From the IMG/VR virus record IMGVR_UViG_3300027754_004386, positions 1-62,652 of that record: a stretch of DNA of 62,652 nucleotides. One strand, 5' to 3'. The stretch's first letter is position 1; each line of letters opens with the position of its first letter. Under the pieces are notes generated by a model. That model was given only the letters and a program-made list of their open reading frames with translations. It searched no databases and was not told the origin of the DNA. Made by a program: the position numbers and the translations under genes. This DNA is from a virus (lineage: Duplodnaviria > Caudoviricetes). Positions 54,336 through 62,652 of the stretch are shown in pieces.

Positions 54336-55063
54336 AGTCCTTGATTTAATTCTTGCAATTTAAACAAATTGTAAAGATCCGATTTTGAGGAATTAATTTT
54401 TTCAATTGTTTTTGATAGTGTATTTTTTAAATCAGTATCAGTAGATTCATTTAATGACTTATTTAATTTTGAATTAATTTCTTCTTTTAAAGATTCTATT
54501 TTTTCTTTAACATCATCCTGAGATAATGATATTAGTTCTTTTAATTTTGATTTATCTTCTTCACTAATATTTTCATATTTTTTATTAAATGTTGTTGTTG
54601 CAATTTTTACCATAGATGAAAGTGGTAAATTAACAGATTCCTTAACTACTTCAGTTTTTGAAGATGTTTTAATGACAGATTTAATATTATTTTTTGATTC
54701 TAAAACATTCTTTAATGATTTAATAGATTTTTCATATACGGTTGTATCAATATCTTTATAGTTGTTAGATTTTGATTCAGTATAGTTTGAAACCCAACGA
54801 TCAATTAAATTTATTTTTTTATCATTTGATTCAATTAAAACTTGCAAATATTCAATTGATTCATTTACATAATCTTCAGCTATATCATTGTTTAAACCTT
54901 TATTTGTTGAAAGATCATCATATAGGTAATATATTTCACTCATATCTTTGTTTTCCAAAATATGAGATTTTAATTCTTTCATAAATGTTTTAAACTGATT
55001 AGTATTATACACCTCAGCAGAAGCATTTTCTATTTTTGTTTTAATTGTTCCAAAAGTATTCAT
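54332..55063 (-). CDS. Hypothetical helical protein, head module
   Basis: 243-aa ORF directly downstream of the portal gene, preceded by TATTTATA. Confidence 0.65.
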   Translation of the reverse strand: MNTFGTIKTKIENASAEVYNTNQFKTFMKELKSHILENKDMSEIYYLYDDLSTNKGLNNDIAEDYVNESIEYLQVLIESNDKKINLIDRWVSNYTESKSNNYKDIDTTVYEKSIKSLKNVLESKNNIKSVIKTSSKTEVVKESVNLPLSSMVKIATTTFNKKYENISEEDKSKLKELISLSQDDVKEKIESLKEEINSKLNKSLNESTDTDLKNTLSKTIEKINSSKSDLYNLFKLQELNQGL

Positions 55064-55087
55064 ATCTTTTTTTTATATAAATATCTC

Positions 55088-57856
55088 TTATTTTAAAAAC
55101 TCTTTAATTCTATCATCAATTTCAACTAAAGCGTTTTTTCCTTTTGACAAATCCATCACGTCTAACTCGGTAAATAATTTGTCTTCTAATATTAAATTCA
55201 AATCATTTTTATTAAAAGATTCAGGAGTTACTCCAGGTTCTCCTCCTGCTGGTGGGGGTGGTGGTGCTCCTCCGCCCATATCACCTAAACCTCCCATATC
55301 AGGTGGTCCTCCGCCAGCCTCTTCACCACCTGCAGGTGCCGGTTCCCCTTCTTTTTTACCGTAAAGTTTATCTACAGTGTCAAATATCCCCGTTGAGACA
55401 ATCACTTGAGCAGTGTTTGTTAGTTCAGATGCTACCGCTCTTTCAATCCTTTGTTGTTGTAGATCTAATCTAATCTCTTCGTCTGAGAACCCTAAAATGT
55501 GTTTTTTAGCCCAAGATGCAGAAACCGGCGCAACACTATCTTGAATTGCCGCAACCGCATCTTTATAAAGAAGTATTTTTTCTTTCCATACCTCAACCGA
55601 AAGAAGATCCGCTTGTTTAGACGGGTTTGTAAGTCCTAATGTGAAATTTTGTAACTCATCCTCAAAACCTAATAAAAATAAATGGATAATCGCAATTTTA
55701 TTTAATTCTGCTATCATACATTTTTGAATTCTATTTATTGTTCTTGCAAAACGAATATCTAAAAGTGATAAATTTTTACCATCACCAACAGCCTCTTCAA
55801 ACCCAAGATATGCTTTTGGAATTCTAAGTGCGGTGACTAGTTTCTTTTGTATATACTCAATATCCGCAATTTCAGATAGGTTTTGAGCTCCTGCTAATGT
55901 TTCAATTGGCATTGTTGCGGCAGGATCCCTAACAGGAATAAAGTAATCTTGGTCTACCGCCATTTGGTTATATCTCATATCTACATTACCTGTTTTTCCG
56001 TCAACAATTTGATCTCTTTTAAATTTACTTGCTACTCTTTGTACGTACGCATCAACATCCTTATCATCCATATTACCCACAAATACTTTAAACACCCTTC
56101 TTTCAGGTGCTCTTGATGTTCTGTAGATCAACATTGCGTCTTCACATAAAAGAAGTTGTTTCCATATACGTCTCGCCTTTTCAAGCATTGATGTACCATA
56201 AGGTAGTTTTCTATCGTCACCTAATAATCTAAAGTGAGCAATTTCCCAAGTATTAAATTCAATATTTTTTTCTTTCCAAGTGAATTTTAACGCATCGTTT
56301 TCCATTTCTTGGGAATACTTGTCAGGTTGGAATTTCATCCCCTTTTCTAATCTTTCAATTTGAATATTTGGTAATTGTTGGCAACCAACAATCCCTTTTT
56401 CAGGATCTAATTTTAAATAAAGAAAATTGTCACCATACTTACAAGTATTTCTTGTCCACATAGGTAAGTTAGAATTAATATCTAACTTATTATTAAAAAG
56501 ATCGGCCAATACCGATTTTATTCTTTTTGACTCTGAATAAATTTGTAAAATATATCCATCTTCATTTGGTGTTGTTGATTCTTCGGCATAAATGTCTAAG
56601 GACGCCGAAATTTCGGGTGTGTTATGTGAGAATATAGTATCAGTTGCAAAGTTTTTATAACCCGGAACAGTTAAATCATATACAGGTATTACACCATATG
56701 GTTCTATTGATACTATTTTATGGTTTAAAACAATTTTATCTCCCTTAGCCGTTGCAGTTGAGAGTGGGGATTTTTTAATTCCGTACGCATCCAAAAATGT
56801 TGACCAATCTTTATAACCAGAACTGGTGATTTCTCGCTGTAATTTACGATAAGAAACATTTAAAGAACTTGCAGTTTTCTTTAAAGTTTTATATTTTCTA
56901 GCGTTTTCAATAATATTATCAAATGGTAATTTAATGTACGCCGGGTTATTTACTCCACTTCTTTTACCGTCCCATTTATACTTACCTTTTCTTTTTGCAA
57001 CTAAAGACATCTTTTCTCTAAATTCAGGATTAGACCAAAGTTTTTCATTATTTAATTTTGCGTGGTAAGAACGATGTTCAGAAATGTTCATTATTTGTAA
57101 ATTTTCAGGTAAATTATTTTTACCATTAAAATCAATATGATGAACTTCTTCGTCTTTATTTATTTTTCTATTATAAAACCATTCGGCAATTATATTATGT
57201 TCAGAAATCCAACCATTATGCCCTTCATTAGAATTACACGTATATACCCAATTATATTTTTCATTATTGTAAAATGATTTTCTATAAAACGGCATCATAG
57301 AATCCCCAGATTTAAGATTCATTACCCTTTCAAATGAACCGTCTCGTTTCATTAATTGGTGTTCCCATGTGGCAATAATGTGAGTTCCATCGTCAAAAGT
57401 AATTTTATATGTCATCTCATCACGAGTATAATGAGCATTTCTTGCCATCGCAGGTACTACCTTTTTTTGATTATGGTCATAAGCATAAGTTATAAATTCG
57501 TATTCTCTACCCTTATCAGCTAACTCTTTAATGGTGATAAAACCATTTGGAGTGGCAATTTTAGTGTCTCCCGCAATGCAATATTCCATCGATTCGTAAT
57601 CATAATATGACGCCAATCTTGTTGGTTCATAATAAACTGCTTGTTGATATAGATTGCTTTCTACTTTTTGCCATTGTTTTCCAAGATACATTGTTTGTTG
57701 AGCTTCCAACTTTTCTCTTTCGTATTCTTGCTTATCAGGGGTTTTTAATAATTCTTGCTTATCAAATTTAAATACAGGTGATTGTTGGTCCAAAGTAGAA
57801 TTTGGTCCAAATACTTTACTTATCCTCTGCCATACTGTTAGTTTTTCTTGTGACAT
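55088..57856 (-). CDS. Portal protein (T4 gp20-like) containing an intein
   Basis: PEISASLDIYAEE, LPYGTSMLE.AR..WKQL.L.EDAM.IYR..RAPERRVF, DYFIPVR and IETL.G..NL.EI.DIEY motifs, plus a 320-aa insertion. Confidence 0.93.
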   Translation of the reverse strand: MSQEKLTVWQRISKVFGPNSTLDQQSPVFKFDKQELLKTPDKQEYEREKLEAQQTMYLGKQWQKVESNLYQQAVYYEPTRLASYYDYESMEYCIAGDTKIATPNGFITIKELADKGREYEFITYAYDHNQKKVVPAMARNAHYTRDEMTYKITFDDGTHIIATWEHQLMKRDGSFERVMNLKSGDSMMPFYRKSFYNNEKYNWVYTCNSNEGHNGWISEHNIIAEWFYNRKINKDEEVHHIDFNGKNNLPENLQIMNISEHRSYHAKLNNEKLWSNPEFREKMSLVAKRKGKYKWDGKRSGVNNPAYIKLPFDNIIENARKYKTLKKTASSLNVSYRKLQREITSSGYKDWSTFLDAYGIKKSPLSTATAKGDKIVLNHKIVSIEPYGVIPVYDLTVPGYKNFATDTIFSHNTPEISASLDIYAEESTTPNEDGYILQIYSESKRIKSVLADLFNNKLDINSNLPMWTRNTCKYGDNFLYLKLDPEKGIVGCQQLPNIQIERLEKGMKFQPDKYSQEMENDALKFTWKEKNIEFNTWEIAHFRLLGDDRKLPYGTSMLEKARRIWKQLLLCEDAMLIYRTSRAPERRVFKVFVGNMDDKDVDAYVQRVASKFKRDQIVDGKTGNVDMRYNQMAVDQDYFIPVRDPAATMPIETLAGAQNLSEIADIEYIQKKLVTALRIPKAYLGFEEAVGDGKNLSLLDIRFARTINRIQKCMIAELNKIAIIHLFLLGFEDELQNFTLGLTNPSKQADLLSVEVWKEKILLYKDAVAAIQDSVAPVSASWAKKHILGFSDEEIRLDLQQQRIERAVASELTNTAQVIVSTGIFDTVDKLYGKKEGEPAPAGGEEAGGGPPDMGGLGDMGGGAPPPPPAGGEPGVTPESFNKNDLNLILEDKLFTELDVMDLSKGKNALVEIDDRIKEFLK
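56621..57580 (-). mobile_element. Intein with an HNH homing endonuclease in the portal gene
   Basis: Starts CIAGDTKI (Cys93), block B TWEH, HNH motif VHHIDFNGKNNLPENL...EH...H, block F VYDLTV, and ends SHN followed by Thr. 960 nt, 320 aa. Confidence 0.93.
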
Positions 57857-57900
57857 TTCTTTTTCTTTTAAAAATAATTTGTTTTTGGCAAAATTAAATA

Positions 57901-59676
57901 TTACCTTTTACTTTTACCGAATAACCATAAATAGTTTTCATAATCACTTTTGGTTGGTGTGTGCAATCCCAAACTTTGATTTAAATGATCCATATTTGGA
58001 ATTCCCGGATTATAATTAGTTGATATTGACCTATGTTCCGTTGTTTGAACCTCCCAAGCATTTAACATTGCCTTTGTTTGTTCTGTAACCTTTTCAAGTT
58101 TCGCAAAAGAAGTCTCACCAACATAAATAGCCATTGCCATAGCCATAATCAAATCATCGTGTTGTCCTTTTTGGTGATCTGGTCTTCCATTAACATAAAC
58201 AAAAGTGTTTAATTCGTTAAATAATCTTTGTGATCTAACTTTAAAATTATGTCTTAATGCTTCTTCAAATGATGCAACTATTTGAACCCTTTTAGAGTTA
58301 AAGTTAATACCCGGAATTTTCTCATTTATTTTGGGATCCCATTTCCATTTATCACCAGGATTCACCCCATCAACATATAAGTTTTTATACCCAAGTTCTT
58401 GAAGTTTTCTTGATGTGGCAACTCCCATACCTCCGGTAATATCCGTGATTATAAGGGCATTATACATAGTTCCCCATTTATAAGCGATTTCTGCAACAAC
58501 ATCTGGCGGAACCTTTGCAATGTACTCTAATACTTGTTCTCTTTCATCAAAATCAATTATAGTAAAGGTCGTAAAATCCTCACTATCACCTCTTGAAACG
58601 TCCATACCCAAAATATATTTGTGATCCATTACAGGTTCTTTCCATTGCCATAATACACCACCCATAAATTTATTTTCGGGTTCTTTCAAGTCATTATCTT
58701 TAATTCTTTTCATTGTTTCAGGTGGAATGACGTTATCCCCCGAACCTAAAAAGTTACATTCAAGTTCTTGTGATATTTTTCTTTTATCAAATTTTAGTTT
58801 TTTAGCCATTGCCTCAAACCAAGAACTATATGCTTTGTAACCTGTTTCTAATTTTACTTTAAGATCTTCAAAATCACGGTCTTTTACTTTGACTTCTGAA
58901 TAGTCAAGTGTGATCTCATCGTCTTTATAATCAGATCTATTAAGCATGTAATGAACTATATCATTACATTTAATTAGTTTTAAGTCTTTTGAATATCTTG
59001 GATCTCTCCACCAATACATTTCAGTAATGGTAAAGTCATTCATCCCTTTTATTGATTGGCTATATATTGAATAATAAATTGGATCAAATCCGTTTGGTGT
59101 TGAAATAACAATTACTTTACCTCCTGTTGAAAGGGACGCCATACATGCTGACCAAAAATCTTCGTCAGCATCAATATATGCCGCCTCATCAAAAATAAGA
59201 ATAGTTGGGGTATATCCACGAAGTGCATCTTTTGATGTTGCAACAGCCTTTACTTCACACCCATTAGTTAATTTAAAGTGTCTTTGTGAGTTTTTTTCAT
59301 TTGAAAACTTAACCCCAAGCCAAGAAGGCCATTGATCTACAAACGCCCTTACTTTATTTGCCATCTCCATGGCAGTGTCAAGTTTGTTTGCAATGATTAG
59401 AATTTTTTCAGGTTTTTCTTTACGGGCAAATACCAATCTTTTAGAAGCCCAAGCAGAAGTTACAGTAGAAACCCCGGCCTGACGATATTTTAATGCAATA
59501 TTTTCTTCAGATACGTCATAATCTTTTACTAACGTAACCTGATCATTAAATAACTCTAAAGGGACGTATTTTGATTGTGTGTTGTCGTAGGTTTGTAAAT
59601 ATGTTTTAAGTGCGTATGGTGTGTCATTTACGCATTTAGCATACTCTAGTAAAACCTGTTCTCTTGTTAACGACAT
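57901..59676 (-). CDS. Terminase large subunit (T4 gp17-like)
   Basis: Walker A KYRQAGVST, Walker B LIFDEAA, coupling motif ISTPNG and nuclease motifs GMDVSRG...HDDLIM. Confidence 0.95.
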   Translation of the reverse strand: MSLTREQVLLEYAKCVNDTPYALKTYLQTYDNTQSKYVPLELFNDQVTLVKDYDVSEENIALKYRQAGVSTVTSAWASKRLVFARKEKPEKILIIANKLDTAMEMANKVRAFVDQWPSWLGVKFSNEKNSQRHFKLTNGCEVKAVATSKDALRGYTPTILIFDEAAYIDADEDFWSACMASLSTGGKVIVISTPNGFDPIYYSIYSQSIKGMNDFTITEMYWWRDPRYSKDLKLIKCNDIVHYMLNRSDYKDDEITLDYSEVKVKDRDFEDLKVKLETGYKAYSSWFEAMAKKLKFDKRKISQELECNFLGSGDNVIPPETMKRIKDNDLKEPENKFMGGVLWQWKEPVMDHKYILGMDVSRGDSEDFTTFTIIDFDEREQVLEYIAKVPPDVVAEIAYKWGTMYNALIITDITGGMGVATSRKLQELGYKNLYVDGVNPGDKWKWDPKINEKIPGINFNSKRVQIVASFEEALRHNFKVRSQRLFNELNTFVYVNGRPDHQKGQHDDLIMAMAMAIYVGETSFAKLEKVTEQTKAMLNAWEVQTTEHRSISTNYNPGIPNMDHLNQSLGLHTPTKSDYENYLWLFGKSKR

Positions 59677-59686
59677 TCACTATGAG

Positions 59687-60262
59687 TTATTTTTTTGAAA
59701 TTAATTTTATAAGTTCAGATTTAGTTAAAGTAGGAGGGGTGTGTTTTTGAACTAATCGTAAAATACTTTCCTCAAGTTTTTTCACATCATCAGCATCTTT
59801 AGCCTCAACTTTTTCAGGTAATTTACTTGTTTTAGTTTTAGCGAAATCCTTTACTTGTTTTTTAGACATTGAATCAACAACTTTTTTAACTTTGTTTCTA
59901 TAACTTTTAGGGATATCTTTTAATTCTTTTTCTCCTTTTTCAACTGAGTAAGAAGCACCCATTAAACCGTGTTGTTTTTTAGAAACAGATTTTTCCGTTA
60001 CTTCACCTTCAGTTTTTATAGTTGCCTTTTTATTGGTAGTGTCAATATCCATTTGTTCAGGTTTTTTACCTTGTGAATCTTTTTTAAACTCTTCTTCATC
60101 GGATTGATTTGTTAGATCATATTCAAAACTAGTTTTACTAGTTTTTTCGTTAATAATTCTTTTATAAAGTGCAGAAATCTGACTTTCATCTAGTTTTTTA
60201 ATTGTTTCAAAACTAATACCTTCTTTTAGAAGACCAATTACTTTAAAATTATTCTTTTCCAT
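59687..60262 (-). CDS. Hypothetical basic protein
   Basis: 191 aa, containing the SKKQ..LMG...MSKKQVKDFAKTK..KLP motif common in T4-like phages. Confidence 0.65.
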   Translation of the reverse strand: MEKNNFKVIGLLKEGISFETIKKLDESQISALYKRIINEKTSKTSFEYDLTNQSDEEEFKKDSQGKKPEQMDIDTTNKKATIKTEGEVTEKSVSKKQHGLMGASYSVEKGEKELKDIPKSYRNKVKKVVDSMSKKQVKDFAKTKTSKLPEKVEAKDADDVKKLEESILRLVQKHTPPTLTKSELIKLISKK

Positions 60263-60662
60263 CTAACACTAAATTTTTTTCCCAGTTTAATACGATATCT
60301 CTTTCGTATAATTTATCTTCAACACTTTGAATTGTATCTCCGTATTGAAAAACCAATCTTTTATATTTCATGTCAATTACAAACTCAGAATTTGAATCTT
60401 CCCATGCTAATGACACAACACCATCAGTTGCATCATATACAGAGAAAAAATCAGAATTTTGAACTAATATTAACCCTATATCTGAAGTTTTTAATATTCC
60501 AACTTTTTTTATGTATTCAATATTTGGTGGTAGTGGTTTTCCCGCTGCCGGTTCCGAATCCCATTCTTCCCCCCAAACATCATCCAAATCAGAGAAAATA
60601 AATTCATATATGTTATCTCCTTTATAATTTGGACCTAATTCGTTTACATAAACAAGTTTCAT
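60249..60662 (-). CDS. Hypothetical phage protein
   Basis: 137-aa ORF overlapping both neighbours. Confidence 0.65.
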   Translation of the reverse strand: MKLVYVNELGPNYKGDNIYEFIFSDLDDVWGEEWDSEPAAGKPLPPNIEYIKKVGILKTSDIGLILVQNSDFFSVYDATDGVVSLAWEDSNSEFVIDMKYKRLVFQYGDTIQSVEDKLYERDIVLNWEKNLVLDGKE

Positions 60663-61963
60663 ACAATCTTTCCTCTTGGTGTTACTTTAACTTGTTTACC
60701 ATCAACTGTAAATACTAAATTTTCTTTATTAGTTTTACCAATAAACTTAGCTCCTTTATTTTCGTTTAATACATAAAGTGCTGTTACTTTTTGTTCTAAA
60801 GATTCACTCATAGAAATGATCTCTTCTTTTACGTTAAGTTTTCTAACTTTTTCTTTAAGAAAATTTCTTTTTCTTTTTTCTTCTAAAATTGTTTTTTCTT
60901 TTTCGTCAATTTTGAAATATTTTGATAAAACTTTTTCTACTTTTGATTCTCCAAAAACAGAATCCATCATATGGTGGTATCCTTCTTTTTCTTCTGCTGG
61001 TTTTGGTTCAGATTCATCACCCATATCCATTTCATCAGATGGTAAATCCATATCTTCATCACCAAAACTAGTTTCAAACTCATCTTCTGATGACATATCA
61101 ACATCATCACCCATTCCGTAATCACCTTCTTCAGTAGAATCTAATTTATCTAAAATATCTTCCTTATCTTCCTCATCAAGATTTGATAAATCAATTGCAG
61201 AAATAATAGAATTTAAAACGTATTTAATGTCTTGAGAATCCATACCTTGATCTTTATCAAAAGATCTAATTTTTTGACTTAATTTACCTGTAAGTTTTTG
61301 AATTGACTTAAGACCCATTGGACCTTCTTCCTCATCACCTTCATCATCTTCAGGCATTTCTTCGTCATCCATACCCATATCATCAGATGGTAAATCCATT
61401 CCTCCTTCTTCTGTACCCATATCATCAGATGGTAATCCTGCATCATCCATACCCATATCATCAGATGGTGGTGTTGGCATATCTGTAAGTTCATCAGAGG
61501 CAGGTGGAAGGTCAGTCGCTTCAGGTGCCGGTGGAGGTGTTGGGAGTTCTGCAACTGGTTCAGGTGCAGGAGTCTCTTTTTTAGGTCCTTTTAGTACAAA
61601 TCTTTTTTTTTGTTCACCAATTAAAGGAATCTCTTCATTGTTTTCGTGAAGTCGGTTCATTTCTGACGCAATTAGATTTAATTTTTTCATTGCTTCTGAA
61701 TACGAACGATAATATTTTCTTTGTTTCATTGGTTCGCTGTAGTCCAAAGAGGACTCATTCAAACCTTTTTTAATGATATAACCATTTCTTTCTTTAACAA
61801 TACCATAAGCATTACCATCCGCCAATCTAATAGTATAATCTAATGTTTCTAGATTATTATTTTCGTGTTTTGGTGTTTCTTTATATTGTGCAATTTCAAG
61901 GATCCTTTTTATTTTATCCATTCCTTGTAATTTTTCACTTCCTAAAGGTCTCAAATCTCCCAT
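60659..61963 (-). CDS. Hypothetical protein with long acidic and Pro-rich disordered tracts
   Basis: 434 aa with repeated LPSDDMG(M/T) segments. Confidence 0.7.
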   Translation of the reverse strand: MGDLRPLGSEKLQGMDKIKRILEIAQYKETPKHENNNLETLDYTIRLADGNAYGIVKERNGYIIKKGLNESSLDYSEPMKQRKYYRSYSEAMKKLNLIASEMNRLHENNEEIPLIGEQKKRFVLKGPKKETPAPEPVAELPTPPPAPEATDLPPASDELTDMPTPPSDDMGMDDAGLPSDDMGTEEGGMDLPSDDMGMDDEEMPEDDEGDEEEGPMGLKSIQKLTGKLSQKIRSFDKDQGMDSQDIKYVLNSIISAIDLSNLDEEDKEDILDKLDSTEEGDYGMGDDVDMSSEDEFETSFGDEDMDLPSDEMDMGDESEPKPAEEKEGYHHMMDSVFGESKVEKVLSKYFKIDEKEKTILEEKRKRNFLKEKVRKLNVKEEIISMSESLEQKVTALYVLNENKGAKFIGKTNKENLVFTVDGKQVKVTPRGKIV

Positions 61964-61980
61964 TTTATTTATTTTTATTT

Positions 61981-62172
61981 TTAACTGTTTAGTCCTTTAA
62001 ATCCCCCAAGTTCAACCGTATTACACTGTTTTGCTTGGTTTAGATTACTATCCGTCCATTCTGCTGGAGGTGTATAAAATATCACAACATTACCTACGGT
62101 GCTACCTGATCCAGGAACGTATCCTTTAACCTCCGTAGTGTAAAAATTATCTGTACAAGCTGAAGTTGGCAT
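61981..62172 (-). CDS. Small hypothetical protein
   Basis: 63-aa ORF with a TATTTATA box 12 nt upstream and an A-rich start context. Confidence 0.6.
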   Translation of the reverse strand: MPTSACTDNFYTTEVKGYVPGSGSTVGNVVIFYTPPAEWTDSNLNQAKQCNTVELGGFKGLNS

Positions 62173-62216
62173 AATTTTTTTCTATATAAATATATTGTTA
62201 GTTTGTATTTTTCAAA

Positions 62217-62652
62217 TTATTCATTATTTTCTTGTTCTAATGAAAGATTTTTATCCATATAATCATTTTTAAAATCCATCAACTTACCTAAATAACCATT
62301 TCTTCTCAATACCTTAAATACCATATTTTCGTATGAGTACTCTCCTCCAGATTCTAAACCACAGATCCTATATTTTTTTAATTTATTTTTATATTTTGAG
62401 ATCAATTCCATTGCATCTTCAAAAGGTTCGTCTTTAGCATTTTCAATCGCCCCATCAATAATGTCCATCCATTGCTTAGATTTTTCTTTTATTTTTTTTT
62501 CATCTAATTCAAAAGATTCCTCTTTCGGGATTCTATTCCATTTATTATTCATAATAGAAAACTCTCCAGCAGAATTATTTCCGGATTTTTGATCCTCAAC
62601 AAAAAGTTCAACATCAAAACCTTTTATCGTTATATCATGTTGAGAATTAAAT
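62217..62652 (-). CDS. C-terminal part of a putative nucleotidyltransferase-like phage protein (5' end outside the window)
   Basis: The frame stays open to the window end: FNSQHDITIKGFDVELFVED...GEFSIMNNKW...YR..GL...GEYS.EN.VFK.LRR.GY. Confidence 0.5.
   Translation of the reverse strand, partial: FNSQHDITIKGFDVELFVEDQKSGNNSAGEFSIMNNKWNRIPKEESFELDEKKIKEKSKQWMDIIDGAIENAKDEPFEDAMELISKYKNKLKKYRICGLESGGEYSYENMVFKVLRRNGYLGKLMDFKNDYMDKNLSLEQENNE

Noticed and set aside
1-62652. Stop-codon reassignment (code 15 or 4), as in some large Bacteroidota phages
   Set aside because: Core genes are full length in code 11 with high coding density, and TAG (15393-15395) and TGA both occur as stops at gene overlaps.

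Overview
This window is part of a large, AT-rich, T4-like (myovirus-type) phage genome in the standard genetic code, most likely infecting Bacteroidota. The host inference rests on a Bacteroidia-type bS21 gene, a consensus TTTG-N19-TAnnTTTG promoter, a T9SS-type cargo protein, a DUF4494-like gene and A-rich translation starts without Shine-Dalgarno sequences. From left to right: (1) 1-14.6 kb, minus strand, a fibre/adhesin locus with tandem LRR genes, a LamG/Thr-linker protein, a SET-domain gene and a 1523-aa coiled-coil fibre. Four consecutive gene gaps carry a conserved G/C-rich hairpin, and two proteins share a KLRIxGVNSG + poly-Thr tag. (2) 14.7-17.2 kb, small putative head-associated proteins including a WYL domain. 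(3) 17.2-35.3 kb, a dense glycosylation operon with GT2, GT4, GT10, GT11, three GT23/NodZ-like and GT25 genes, gmd, a DegT-type aminotransferase, acetyl- and methyltransferases, dUTPase and PhoH. (4) A gp55-like sigma factor, a baseplate spike and structural genes. (5) A small block of secreted or membrane proteins, including a T9SS-CTD protein. (6) The head module: homing endonuclease, major capsid protein, scaffold, prohead protease, bS21, an intein-containing portal and the large terminase. A sense-strand TATTTAT motif precedes most structural transcription units and is the candidate late promoter. No tRNA, rRNA or CRISPR array was seen. All family assignments come from reading motifs by eye, not from database searches.
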